This document shows positions 48,739-62,000 of a stretch of 64,000 nucleotides of DNA, piece by piece. Below the pieces are notes generated by a model, which was not told the DNA's origin, searched no databases, and saw only the letters and a program-made list of their open reading frames with translations. This DNA comes from Squalus acanthias (taxonomy: Eukaryota). The first letter of the stretch is position 1; every line of letters begins with the position of its first letter. The position numbers and the translations under genes are program-made. The stretch lies in assembly GCA_030390025.1 (NCBI GenBank), contig JASTWF010000338.1:62001-126000 (forward strand). Reading direction: 5' to 3'.

Positions 48739-50040
48739 ACAATTCAATTCTACAACAATCGATCCCAATAATTGAACCCAATAGGTTAAAGTCTTAAGTC
48801 CAATTTTGTCAGCACGCTGCGACATTCGATGTCTGCTGATAACGGGAGATAAATTCTTAAAACTGCTGGATCTCTTGCTCTGCCATCAACCTCTTATCAA
48901 ACTGGAGCTGGCATTGCCTAATATGGTCGTCTCTGGCTACTGCACAGTCCAGAGACACAAGTCTGCATTTTCTTCAACACACATCAACAATGTTAGAAGC
49001 AGGTAAAAACACTGTGGCCTTCCTGGGGCAGCACAAACCACTAGTCTCCAGACTTTCCTTATCCCAACATCATATTTCTGATCGAAACATTCTATGATGA
49101 AAATATCCAAGGCCAGTTGGTTGCAAACACCAGCTGTTGCTCAGTGAAATCTCTCTCTCTCTCTAATGATACTGACCACATTTCCCCCGATATCGAATGA
49201 ACTAAACATGAACACCTTTCAGAAGCTGAATTAACCGAGGTCCATATGCCAACACCCCTCTCATCTTCCATTCACTTCAATTGAAAGGAAACCGACAGAT
49301 TGGACCAGTCAGGATTTGAAAGATATTTACAACAGATTCTAGATGTTCTTAGAGTTGGGATCTTTCTCTATTCTGTCCACTCGAGGAGTTAGATAACAGA
49401 CTTTCTCCTGTGAATATAGAGCTGGGGTATTGGGCCGTGATGTGTTCACTTGTTCATCTTGTTGACTCTAAGCCTTTGCCAATTATTTGATGTGATCTGT
49501 TTACTTGTAATTATTTTTTTTTAAATACACTTGCTGAGTGGATTCAAATTTAAATTGAAAGCAGGTTTGCAGGCGTGATGCTCTATTCACACATCGAAGG
49601 TGAGAGAGATGCTGTGGGACACACGCTAAGTCCAGTAGCTGAAAGTGATTAACAGACTGGGTTTTGTGTTTAGTGATCCCGGGCGTGTTACCGAGACCTT
49701 CCCTGGATACCAAGGCTAGGAGAGGCACTCTGGAAGGTATGGGGAGCTGGGACTTGTCCATGAGAGTAACCGAAGGTACGAGAACTGAAATAATCTCGAG
49801 TTAGAGAGGAGAAAAGGCCCAAAAATGGAACAGTCGGTAACAGGACATCAATTAGTCTCCTCTTATCTTGGAGACATCAAATATCGACACACTGTGTTAT
49901 TTGAAATGTCAAAATATTAAACTCCAGCCCAGTTATAGGACTTAACATCAGCAGAAACAAACCCCAACTGTCAGAATGAACACGATTCAGTCCGGGATGT
50001 GATTAACAGCAGCAATAACATCAGAATCCAACCACTTCAG

Positions 50041-50160
50041 TCACTTGTGAACTTGCTGGTGTCTCAGCAGGTGGGATGATCGAGTGAATCCCTTTCCACA
50101 CACAGAGCAAGTGAACGGTCTCTCCCCAGTGTGAACTTGCTGGTGTCTCAGCAGGTGGGA
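50041..50160 (-). pseudogene. C2H2 zinc-finger terminal fragment (duplicate of 2588-2707)
   Basis: Same translation [39 protein letters not shown]. Confidence 0.9.
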
Positions 50161-51325
50161 TGCTGTGCCTGCCCTGGTAGTGTTTGATGAGACAGTGGAG
50201 AGGGAGCTTTACTCTGTATCTAACCCGTGCTGTTCCTGCCCTGGGATTGTTTGATGGGACAGTGTCCAGGGAGCTTTACTCTGTATCTAACCCGTTCTGT
50301 ACCTGCCCTGGCAGTGTTTGATGGGACAGTGTAGAGGGAGATTTACTCTGTATCTAACCCGTGCTGTACCTGCCCTGGGAGTGTTTGATGGGACAGTGTA
50401 GAGGGAGCTTTACTCTGTATCTAACCCCTGCTGTACCTGCCCTTGGCGTATTGGCTGGGACAGTGCAGAGGGAGCTTTACTCTGTATCTTACCCGTGCAG
50501 TACCTGCCCTGGGAGTTTTTGATGGGACAGTGTAGAGGGAGCTTTACTCTGAATCTAAGCCGTGCTGTACCTGCCCTTGGAGTATTGGATGGGACAGTGT
50601 AGAAGGAGCCTTACTCTGTATCTAACCCATGCTGTACCTGCCCTGCGAGTGTTTGATGGGACAGTGCAGAGGGAGCTTTACTCTGTATCTAACCCGTGTT
50701 GTATCTGCCCTGGGAGTGTTTGATGGGACAGTGCAGAGGTAGCTTTACTCTGTATCTAACCTGTGCTGTACCTGCCCTGGGAGTGTTTGATGGGACAGTG
50801 TAGAGGGAGCTTTACTCTGTATCTAACCCGTGCTGTACCTGCCCTGGGAGTGTTTGATGGGACAGTGTAGAGGGAGCTTTACTCTGTATCTAACCCGTGC
50901 TGTAGCTGCCCTGGGAGTGTTTGATGGGACAGTGTAGAGGGAGCTTTACTCTGTATCTAAGCCGTGCTGTACCTGCCCTGGGAGTGTTTGATGGGACAGT
51001 GCAGAGGGAGCTTTACTCTGTAGCTAACCCGTGTTGTATCTGCCCTGGGAGTGCTGGATGGGACAGTCTCGAGCGAGCTTTACTCTGTGTCAAACCCGTG
51101 CTGTACCTGCCCTGGGAGTGCTTGATGGGATAGTGTAGATGGAGCTTTACTCTGTATCTAACCCGTGCTGTTCCTGCCCTGGCAGTGTTTGATGGGACAG
51201 TGCAGTGGGGGTTTTACTCTGTCTCTGACACCGTGCTGTACCTGCCCTGGGAGTGACTGGTTGGACAGTGCAGAGGGAGCTTTACTCTATCTAACCCGTG
51301 CTGTACCTGCCCTGGGAGTGTTTGA

Positions 51326-51718
51326 TGGACAAAATTGAGAGGTCGCACAACACCAGGTTATAGTCCAACAGTTTTATTTGAAATCACAAGCTTTCGGAGC
51401 TATCGATTTGCTCCTTCCTCAGGTGAAGTAAATTAGATACAGAATCTCCAAAGCATATATAGATGGAAAACAAAGCATGTGTACTTTACAATTGCAGACC
51501 AATAAATTAAATCATCCTGACTATCTGCCGAGGTGTGATAAAGTTAATTAAGTCAGCCAGGAAGGTACCACATCAAAGACATAGCAAGATACAACTGAGA
51601 CAATGAGGTGTAGTCGCAGGGGTTCTAACGTGTCAAAAGCTGCCGTCTGTATGTAAAACGAAAAGCTTTAACATTTTTTTACTTTTTTACTGGGAAAATT
51701 TTTACTTTTTTACTGGGA
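51326..51718 (-). mobile_element. Penelope pLTR fragment with hammerhead at 51384-51426 (duplicate of 4210-4602)
   Basis: Same sequence and junctions. Confidence 0.85.
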
Positions 51719-54700
51719 GTGTTTGATGGGACAGAGTAGAGGGAGCTTTACTCTGTATCTAACCCGTGTTGTATCTGCCCTGGGAGTGTTTGATGGGACA
51801 GTGTCGAGGGAGATTTACTCTGTATCTAACCCGTGCTGTACCTGCACTTGGCGTATTGGAAGGGACAGTGCAGAGGGAGCTTTACTCTGTTTCTAACCCG
51901 TGCTGTACCTGCCCTGGGAGTGTTTGATGGGACAGTGCAGAGGGAGCTTTACTCTTTATCTAAGCCGTGCTGTACCTGCCCTTGGAGTATTAGATGGGAC
52001 AGTGTAGAGGGAGCTTTACTCTGTATCTAAGCCGTGCTGTACCTGCCCTTGGAGTATTGGATGGGACAGATTAGAAGTAGCCTTACTCTGTATCTAACCC
52101 ATGCTGTACCTGCCCTGGGAGTGTTTGATGGGACAGTGTAGAGGGAGCTTTACTCTGCATGTAAGCCGTGTTGTATCTGCCCTGGGAGTGTTTGATGGGA
52201 CAGTGTAGAGGGAGCTTTACCGTGTATCTAACCTGTGCTGTACATGCCCTGGGAGTGTTTGATGGGACAGTGTAGAGGGAGCTTTACTCTGTATCTAACC
52301 CGTGCTGTAGCTGCCCTGGGAGTGTTTGATGGGACAGTGTAGAGGGTGCTTCACTCTGTATCTAAGCCGTGCTGTACCTGCCCTTGGAGTGTTTGATGGG
52401 ACAGTGTTGAGGGAGCTTTACTCTGTATCTGTCGCGTGCTGTACCTGCGCTGGGAGTGTTTGATGAGACAGTGCAGAGGGAGTTTTACTCTGTATCTAAC
52501 CCGTGCTGTACCAGCCCTTGGAGTGTTTGATGGGACAGTGCAGAGGGAGCTTTACTCTGTATCTAGCGAGTGCTGTACCTGCTCTGGGAGTGTTTGATGG
52601 GACTGTGTAGAGGGAGATTTACTCTGTATCTAACCCGTGCTGTACCTGCCCTGGGAGTGTTTGATGGGTCAGTGTAGAGGGAGCTTTACTCTGTATCTAA
52701 GCCGTGCTGCACCTGCCCTTGGAGCTGTTGATGGGACAGTGTTAAGGGAGCTTTCAGCTATATCTAACACGTGCTGTACCTGCCCTGGAAGTGTTTGATG
52801 GGACAGTGTAGAGGGAGCTTTACTCTGTATCTAAACCGTGCTGTCCCTGCCTTGGAAGTGTTTGATGGGACAGTGTTGAGGGAGCTTTACTCTGTATCTA
52901 ACCTGTGCTGTATCTGCCCTGGGAGTGTTTGATGGGACAGTGTAGAGGGAGCTTTACTCTGTATCTAACCCGTGCTGTACCTGCCCTGGGAGTGTTTGAT
53001 GGGACAGTGTAGAGGGAGCTTTACTCTGTATCTAACCCGTGCTGTATCTGCCCTGCGAGTGTTTAATGGGACAGTGTAGAGGTAGCTTTACTCTGTATCT
53101 GACCCTTGCTGTACCTGCCCTGCGAGTGTTTGATGAGACAGTGTCGAGGCAACTTTACTCTGTATCTAACCCGTGCTGTATCTGCCCTGGGACTGTTTGA
53201 TGGGACAGTGTAGAGGGAGCTTTACTCTGTATCTAACCCGTGCTGTACCTACCCTGGGAGTGTTTGATGGGACAGTGTAGAGGGAGCTTTACTCTGTATC
53301 TATCACGTGCTGTACCTGCCCTGGGAGTGTTTGATGGGATAGTGTAGAGCGAGCGTTGCTCTGCATCTAACCCGTGCTGTACCTGCCGTGGGAGTGTTTG
53401 ATGGGACAGTGTAGAGGGAGCTTTAAGCTATATCTAACACGTGCAGTACCTGCCCTGGAAGTGTTTGATGGGACAGTGTAGAGGGAGCTTTACTCTGTAT
53501 CTAAACCGTGCTGTCCCTGCCTTGGAAGTGTTTGATGGGACAGTGTAGAGGGAGATTTACTCTGTATCTAACCCGGGCTGTACCTGCCCTGGAAGTGTTT
53601 GATGGGACAGTGTAGTGGGAGCTTTACTCTGTATCTAACCCGTGCTGTAACTGCCCTGGGAGTGTTTGATGGGACAGTGCAGAGGGAGCTTTACTCTGTA
53701 TCTAACCCGTGCTGTACCTGCCCTGGAGTGTTTGATGGGACAGTGTAGAGGGAGCTTTACTCTGTATCTAACCCGTGCTGTACTTGCCCTGGGTGTGTTT
53801 CATGGGACAGTGTAGAGGGAGCTTTACTCTGTATCTAACCCGTGCTGTAGCTGCCCTGGGAGTGTTTAATGGGACAGTGTGGAGGGAGCTTTACTCTGTA
53901 TCTAAGCTGTGCTGTACCTGCCCTTGGAGTATTGGATGGGACAGTGTAGAAGGAGCCTTACTCTGTATCTAAACCATGCTGTACCTGCCCTGGGAGTGTT
54001 TGATGGGACAGTATAGAGGTAGCTTTACTCTGTATCTAACCCGTGTTGTATCTGCCCTGGGAGTGTTTGATGGGACAGTGTCGAGGGAGCTTTACTCTGT
54101 ATCTCACCTGTGCTGTACCTGCCCTGGGAGTGTTTGATGGGACAGTGTAGAGGGAGCTTTACTCTGTATCTAACCCGTGCTGGAGCTGCCCTGGGAGTGT
54201 TTGATGGGACAGTGTAGAGGGAGCTTTACTCTGTATCTAAGCCGTGCTATACCTGCCCTGGGAGTGTTTGATGGGACAGTGTTGAGGGAGCTTTACTCTG
54301 TATCTAACCTGTGCTGTTCCTGCCCTGGGAGTGTTTGATGGGACAGTGTAGAGGGACCTTTACACTGTATCTAACCCGTGTTGTATCTGCCCTGGGAGTG
54401 TTGGATGGGACAGTGTCGAAGGAGCCTTACTCTATATCTAAACCATGCTGTACCTGCCCTGGGAGTGTTTGATGGGACAGTGTAGAGGTAGCTTTACTCT
54501 GTATCTAACCCGTGTTGTATCTGCCCTGGGAGTGTTTGATGGGACAGTGTCGAGGGAGCTTTACTCTGTATCTAACCTGTGCTGTACCTGCCCTGGGAGT
54601 GTTTGATGGGACAGTGTAGAGGGAGCTTTACTCTGTATCTAAGCCGTGCTGTACCTGCCCTGGGAGTGTTTCATGGGACAGTGTAGAGGGAGCTTTACTC

Positions 54701-55335
54701 TGTATCTAACCTGTGCTGTACCTGCGCAGGAGTGTTTGATGGGACAGTATAGAGGGAGCTTTACTCTGTATCTAACCCGTGCTGTATCTGCCCTGGGAGT
54801 GTTTGATGGGACAGTGTCCAGGGAGCTTTACTCTGTATCTAACCCGTGCTGTACCTGCCCTCGGAGTGTTTGATGGGACAGCGTAGAGGGAGCTTTACTC
54901 TGCATCTAACCCGTGCTTTACCTGCCCTGGGAGTGTTTGATGGCACAGTGTAGAGGGAGCTTTACTCTGTATCTCAGTCGTGCTGTACCTGCCCTGGGAG
55001 TGTTTGATGGGACAGTGTTGAGGGAGCTTTGCTCTGTTTTTATCCCGTGCTGTACCTGCCCTGGGAGTGTTTGATGGGTCAGTGTAAAGGGAGCTTTACT
55101 CTGTATCTAACCTGTGCTGTTCCTGCCCTGGGAGTGTTTGATGGGACAGTGTAGAGGGACCTTTACTCTGTATCTAACCCGTGTTGTAGCTGCCCTGGGA
55201 GTGTTTGATGGGACAGTGCAGAGGGAGCTTTACTCTATCTAACCCGTGCTGTACCTGCCCTGGGAGTGTTTGATGGGACAGTATAGAGGGAGCTTCACTC
55301 TGGATCTAACCCGTGTTGTATCTGCCCTGGGAGTG

Positions 55336-55953
55336 ATTCAGCCTCGGATCTGCGGGTAAGCGTTCTCCAAGGCAACCTTAGAAACACACGACAACGCAAA
55401 ATCATCGAGCAGAAACTGATAGCCAAGTTCCGCACTCATGAAGACGGTCTCAATCGGGATCTTGGGTTTATGTCACGATACATGACGTGATCCGGACTCG
55501 AGTCGTCGTTAGCTTGTTCACAGATGTGATTCCCAGTAAAAAAGTAAAAATTTTCCCAGTAAAAAAGTAAAAATTTTAAAGCTTTTCGTTTTACATACAG
55601 ACGGCAGCTTTTGACATGTTAGAACCCCTGCGACTACACCTCATTGTCTCAGTTGTATCTTGCTATGTCTTTGATGTGGTACCTTCCTGGCTGACTTAAT
55701 TAACTTTATCACACCTCGGCAGATAGTCAGGATGATTTAATTTAGTGGTCTGCAATTGTAAGGTACACATGCTTTGTTTTCTATCTATATATGCTTTGGC
55801 GATTCTGTATCTAATTTACTTCACCTGAGGAAGGAGCAATCGATAGCTCCGAAAGCTTGTGATTTCAAATAAAACTGTTGGACTATAACCTGGTGTTGTG
55901 CGGCCTCTCAATTTTGTCCACCCCAGTCCAACACCGGCATCTCCGCATCATGA
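55336..55953 (+). mobile_element. Penelope 3' end with GIY-YIG tail (55335-55490) and hammerhead at 55821-55862 (duplicate of 8755-9372)
   Basis: Same translation and junctions. Confidence 0.9.
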
Positions 55954-58680
55954 CCAGTGTTTTATAGGACAGTGTAGAGGCAGCTTCATCTGTATCTAAC
56001 CCGTGCTGTACCTACCCTGGGAGTGTTTGATGGGATAGTGTAGAGGGAGCGTTACTCTGTATCTAACCCATGCTGTACCTGCCCTGGGAGTGTTTGATGG
56101 GACAGTGTAGAGGGAGCTTTACGCTATATCTAACCCGTGCTGTACCTGCCCTGGAAGTGTTTGATGGGACAGTGTAGAGGGAGCTTTACTCTGTATCTAA
56201 ACCGTGCTGTACCTGCGTTGGAAGTGTTTGATGGGACAGTGTAGAGGGAGCTTTACTCTGTATCTAACCCGTGCTGTACCTGCCCTGGAAGTGTTTGATG
56301 GGACAGTGTAGAGGGAGCTTTAATCTGTATCTAACCCGTGCTGTACCTGCCCTGGGAGTGTTTGATGGGATAGTGTAGAGCGAGCGTTGCTCTGCATCTA
56401 ACCCGTGCTGTACCTGCCCTGGGAGTGTTTGATGGGACAGTGTTAAGGGAGCTTTCAGCTATATCTAACACGTGCTGTACCTGCCCTGGAAGTGTTTGAT
56501 GGGACAGTGTAGAGGGAGCTTTACTCTGTATCTAAACCGTGCTGTCCCTGCCTTGGAAGTGTTTGATGGGACAGTTTGGAGGGAGCTTTACTCTGTATCT
56601 AACCTGTGCTGTTCCTGCCCTGGGAGTGTTTGATGGGACAGTGTAGAGGGACCTTTACTCTGTATCTAACCCGTGTTGTATCTGCCCTGGGAGTGTTTGA
56701 TGGGACAGTGCAGAGGGAGCTTTACTCTATCTAACCCGTGCTGTACCTGCCCTGGGAGTGTTTGATGGGACAGTATAGAGGGAGCTTTACTCTGGATCTA
56801 ACCCGTGCTGTATCTGCCCTGCGAGTGTTTAATGGGACAGTGTAGAGGTAGCTTTACTCTGTATCTGACCCTTGCTGTACCTGCCCTGCGAATGTTTGAT
56901 GAGACAGTGTCGAGGCAACTTTACTCTGTATCTAACCCGTGCTGTATCTGCCCTGGGACTGTTTGATGGGACAGTGTAGAGGGAGCTTTACTCTGTATCT
57001 AACCCGTGCTGTACCTACCCTGGGAGTGTTTGATGGGACAGTGTAGAGGGAGCTTTACTCTGTATCTATCACGTGCTGTACCTGCCCTGGGAGTGTTTGA
57101 TGGGATAGTGTAGAGCGAGCGTTGCTCTGCATCTAACCCGTGCTGTACCTGCCGTGGGAGTGTTTGATGGGACAGTGTAGAGGGAGCTTTAAGCTATATC
57201 TAACACGTGCAGTACCTGCCCTGGAAGTGTTTGATGGGACAGTGTAGAGGGAGCTTTACTCTGTATCTAAACCGTGCTGTCCCTGCCTTGGAAGTGTTTG
57301 ATGGGACAGTGTAGAGGGAGATTTACTCTGTATCTAACCCGGGCTGTACCTGCCCTGGAAGTGTTTGATGGGACAGTGTAGTGGGAGCTTTACTCTGTAT
57401 CTAACCCGTGCTGTAACTGCCCTGGGAGTGTTTGATGGGACAGTGCAGAGGGAGCTTTACTCTGTATCTAACCCGTGCTGTACCTGCCCTGGAGTGTTTG
57501 ATGGGACAGTGTAGAGGGAGCTTTACTCTGTATCTAACCCGTGCTGTACTTGCCCTGGGTGTGTTTCATGGGACAGTGTAGAGGGAGCTTTACTCTGTAT
57601 CTAACCCGTGCTGTAGCTGCCCTGGGAGTGTTTAATGGGACAGTGTGGAGGGAGCTTTACTCTGTATCTAAGCTGTGCTGTACCTGCCGTTGGAGTATTG
57701 GATGGGACAGTGTAGAAGGAGCCTTACTCTGTATCTAAACCATGCTGTACCTGCCCTGGGAGTGTTTGATGGGACAGTATAGAGGTAGCTTTACTCTGTA
57801 TCTAACCCGTGTTGTATCTGCCCTGGGAGTGTTTGATGGGACAGTGTCGAGGGAGCTTTACTCTGTATCTCACCTGTGCTGTACCTGCCCTGGGAGTGTT
57901 TGATGGGACAGTGTAGAGGGAGCTTTACTCTGTATCTAACCCGTGCTGTAGCTGCCCTGGGAGTGTTTGATGGGACAGTGTAGAGGGAGCTTTACTCTGT
58001 ATCTAAGCCGTGCTATACCTGCCCTGGGAGTGTTTGATGGGACAGTGTTGAGGGAGCTTTACTCTGTATCTAACCTGTGCTGTTCCTGCCCTGGGAGTGT
58101 TTGATGGGACAGTGTAGAGGGACCTTTACACTGTATCTAACCCGTGTTGTATCTGCCCTGGGAGTGTTGGATGGGACAGTGTAGAGGGAGCTTTACTCTG
58201 TATCTAACCCGTGCTGTAGCTGCCCTGGGAGTGTTTGATGGGACAGTGTAGAGGGAGCTTTACTCTGTATCTAAGCCGTGCTATACCTGCCCTGGGAGTG
58301 TTTGATGGGACAGTGTAGAGGGAGCTTTACTCTGCATCTAACCCGTGCTGTACCTGCCCTGGGAGTGTTTGATGGGACAGTGTAGAGGGAACTTTACTCT
58401 GTATCTAACCCATGCTGTACCTGTCCTGGGAGTGTTTGATGGGACAGTGTAGAGGGGGCTTTACTCCGTATCTAACCCGTGCTGCAGCTGCCCTGGGAGT
58501 GTTTGATGGGACAGTTTAGAGGGAGCTTTACTCTGCAACTAACCTGTGCTGTTCCTGCCCTGGGAGTGTTTGATGGGACAGTGTAGAGGGGGCTTTACTG
58601 TGTATCTAACCCGTTCTCTACCTGCCCTGGGAGTGTTTGATGGGAAAGTATCGAACGAGCATTACTCTGTCTGTTACCCG

Positions 58681-59033
58681 GTAAAAAAGTAAATTTTTTA
58701 AAGCTTTTCGTTTTACATAAAGACGGCAGCTTTTGACACGTTAGAACCCCTGCGACTACACCTCATTGTCTCAGTTGTATCTTGCTATGTCTTTTGATGT
58801 GGTACCTTCCTGGCTGACTTAATTAACTTTATCACACCTCGGCAGATAGTCATGATGATTTAATTTATTGGTCTGCAATTGTAAAGTACACATGCTTTGT
58901 TTTCCATCTATATATGCTCTGGCGATTCTGTATCCAATTTACTTCACCTGAGGAAGGAGCAATCGATAGCTCCGAAAGCTTGTGATTTCAAATAAAACTG
59001 TTGGACTATAACCTGGTGTTGTGCGACCTCTCA
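58681..59033 (+). mobile_element. Penelope pLTR fragment with hammerhead at 58944-58985 (duplicate of 12033-12385)
   Basis: Same sequence and junctions. Confidence 0.85.
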
Positions 59034-62000
59034 GTGTTAGATGGGACAGCATAGAGGGAGCTTTACTCTGTATCTAACCCGTGCTGTACCTGCCCTGGGA
59101 GTGTTTGATGGGACACTGTCGAGCGAGCTTTACTCTGTATCTAACCCGTGCTGTACCTGCCCTGGGAGTGTTTGATGGGACAGTGCAGAGGGAGCTTGAC
59201 TCTGTATCTAACCCGTGCTGTATCTGCCCTGGGAGTGTTTGATGGGACACTGTCGGGCGAGCTTTACTCTGTATCTAACCCGTGCTGTCCCTGCCCTGGG
59301 AGTGTTTGAGGAACAGTGTAGAGGGAGCTTTACTCTGTATCTAAGCCATGCTAAACTGCCCTGGGAGTGTTTGATGGGACAGTGTTGAGGGAGCTTTACG
59401 CTGTATCTAACCTGTGCTGTACCTGTTCTGGGAGTGTTTGATGGGACAGTATAGAGAGGGCTTTACTCTGTATCTGACCCGTGCTGTACCTGCCCTGGAA
59501 GTGTTTGATGGGACAGTGTAGAGGGAGCTTTACACTGTTTATAACCCGTGGTGTACCTGCCTGGGACTGTTTGATGGGACAGTGTAGAGAGAGTTTACTC
59601 TGTATCTAACCTGTGCTGTACCTGCCCTGGGACTGTTTGATGCGAAAGTGTAGAGGGAGCGCTACCCTGTTTATAACCCGTGTTGTACCTGCCTGGGACT
59701 GTTTGATGGGACAGTGTAGAGAGAGTTTTACGCTGTATCTAACCTGTGCTGTACCTGTGCTGGGAGTGTTTGATGGGACAGTGTAGAGGGGGCTTTACTC
59801 ATATCTAACCCCTGCTTTATCTGCCCTGGGAGTGTTAGATGGGACAGCATAGAGGGAGCTTTACTCTGTATCTAACCCGTGCTGTACCTGCCCTGGGAGT
59901 GTTTGATGGGACACTGTCGAGCGAGCTTTACTCTGTATCTAACCCGTGCTGTACCTGCCCTGGGAGTGTTTGATGGGACAGTGCAGAGGGAGCTTGACTC
60001 TGTATCTAACCCGTGCTGTATCTGCCCTGGGAGTGTTTGATGGGACGGAATAGAGGGAGCTTTACTGTGGATCTAACCCGTGCTGTACCTGCCCTGGGAG
60101 TGTTTGATGGGACAGTGCAGAGGGAGCTTTACTCTGTATATAACCCGTGCTGTACCTGCCCTGGGAGTGTTTGATGGGACAGTGTAGGGGGAGCTTTACT
60201 CTGTATCTAACCCATGCTGTACCTGCCCTGGGAGTGTTTGATGGGACAGTGTTGAGGGAGCTTTACTCTGTATCTGACCAGTGCTGTCCCTGCCCTGGGA
60301 GTGTTTGATGGGACAGTGTAGAGGGAGCTTTACTCTGTATCTGACCCGTGTTGTACCTGCCCTGGGAGTGTTTGATGGGACAGTGTAGAGGGAGCTTTAC
60401 TCTGTATCTAACCCGTGCTGTACCTGCCCTGGGAGTGTTTGATGGGACAGTGCAGAGGGAGCTTTACTCTGTATCTAACCCGTGCTGTACCTGCCCTGGG
60501 ACAGTGCAGAGGGAGCTTTACTCTGTATCTAACCCGTGCTGTACCTGCCCTGGGAGTGTTTGATGGGACTGTGAAGAGGGAGCTTTGCTCTGTATCTAAC
60601 CTGTGCTGTACCTGCCCTGGGAGTGTTTGATGGGACAATGTAGAGGGAGCTTTACTCTGTATCTAACCCGTGCTGTACCTGCCCTGGGAGTGTTTGAGGA
60701 ACAGTGTAGAGGGAGCTTTACTCTGTATCTAAGCCATGCTGTATCTGCCCTGGGAGTGTTTGATGGGACGGAATAGAGGGAGCTTTACTCTGTATCTAAC
60801 CCGTGCTGTACCTGCCCTGGGAGTGTTTGATGGGACAGTGCAGAGGGAGCTTTACTCTGTATCTAACCCGTGCTGTACCTGCCCTGGGAGTGTTTGATGG
60901 GACAGTGTAGGGGGAGCTTTACTCTGTATCTAACCAGTGCTGTACCTGCCCTGGGAGTGTTTGATGGGACAGTGTAGAGGGAGCTTTACTCTGTATCTAA
61001 CCAGTGCTGTACCTGCCCTGGGAGTGTTTGATGGGACAGTGTAGAGGGAGCTTTACTCTGTATCTGACCCGTGTTGTACCTGCCCTGGGAGTGTTTGATG
61101 GGACAGTGTAGAGGGAGCTTTACTCTGTATCTAACCCGTGCTGTACCTGCCCTGGGAGTGTTTGATGGGACAGTGTAGAGGGAGCTTTACTCTGTATCTA
61201 ACCCGTGCTGTACCTGCCCTGGCAGTGTTGATGGACAGTGCAGAGGGAGCTTTACTCTGTATCTAACCCGTGCTGTACCTGCCCTGGGAGTGTTTGATGG
61301 GACTGTGAAGAGGGAGCTTTGCTCTGTATCTAACCTGTGCTGTACCTGCCCTGGGAGTGTTTGATGGGACAGTGTAGAGGGAGCTTTACTCTGTATCTAA
61401 CCCGTGCTGTACCTGCCCTGGGAGTGTTTGAGGGACAGTGTAGAGGGAGCTTTACTCTGTATCTAAGCCAGTGCTGTACCTGCCCTGGGAGTGTTTGATG
61501 GGACAGTGTAGAGGGAGCTTTACTCTGTATATAACCCGTGCTGTACCTGCCCTGGGAGTGTTTGATGGGACAGTGTAGAGAGAGCTTTACTCTGTATCTA
61601 ACCCGTGCTGTACCTGCCCTGGGAGTGTTTGATGGGACAGTGTAGAGGGAGCTTTACTCTGTATCTAACCCGTGCTGTACCTGCCCTGGGAGTGTTTGAT
61701 GGGACAGTGTAGAGGGAGCTTTACTCTGTATCTAACCAGTGCTGTACCTGCCCTGGGAGTGTTTGATGGGACAGTGTAGAGGGAGCTTTACTCTGTTTAT
61801 AACCCGTGCTGTACCTGCCCTGGGAGTGTTTGATGGGACAGTGTAGAGGGAGCTTTACTCTGTATCTAACCCGTGCTGTACCTGCCCTGGGAGTGTTTGA
61901 TGGGACAGTGCAGAGGGAGCTTTACTCTGTATCTGACCCGTGCTGTACCTGCCCTGGGAGTGTTTGATGGGACAGTGTAGAGGGAGCTTTACTCTGTATC

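Larger units (their letters stand above)
47139..60730 (+). repeat. Segmental duplicate of positions 1 to ~14090 (similarity continues less clearly to the window end)
   Basis: Same order of VNTR, LINE, unique DNA, zinc-finger end, satellite and three Penelope insertions. ORFs 582/733/1353/2048 recur at an offset of 47453. Confidence 0.95.
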
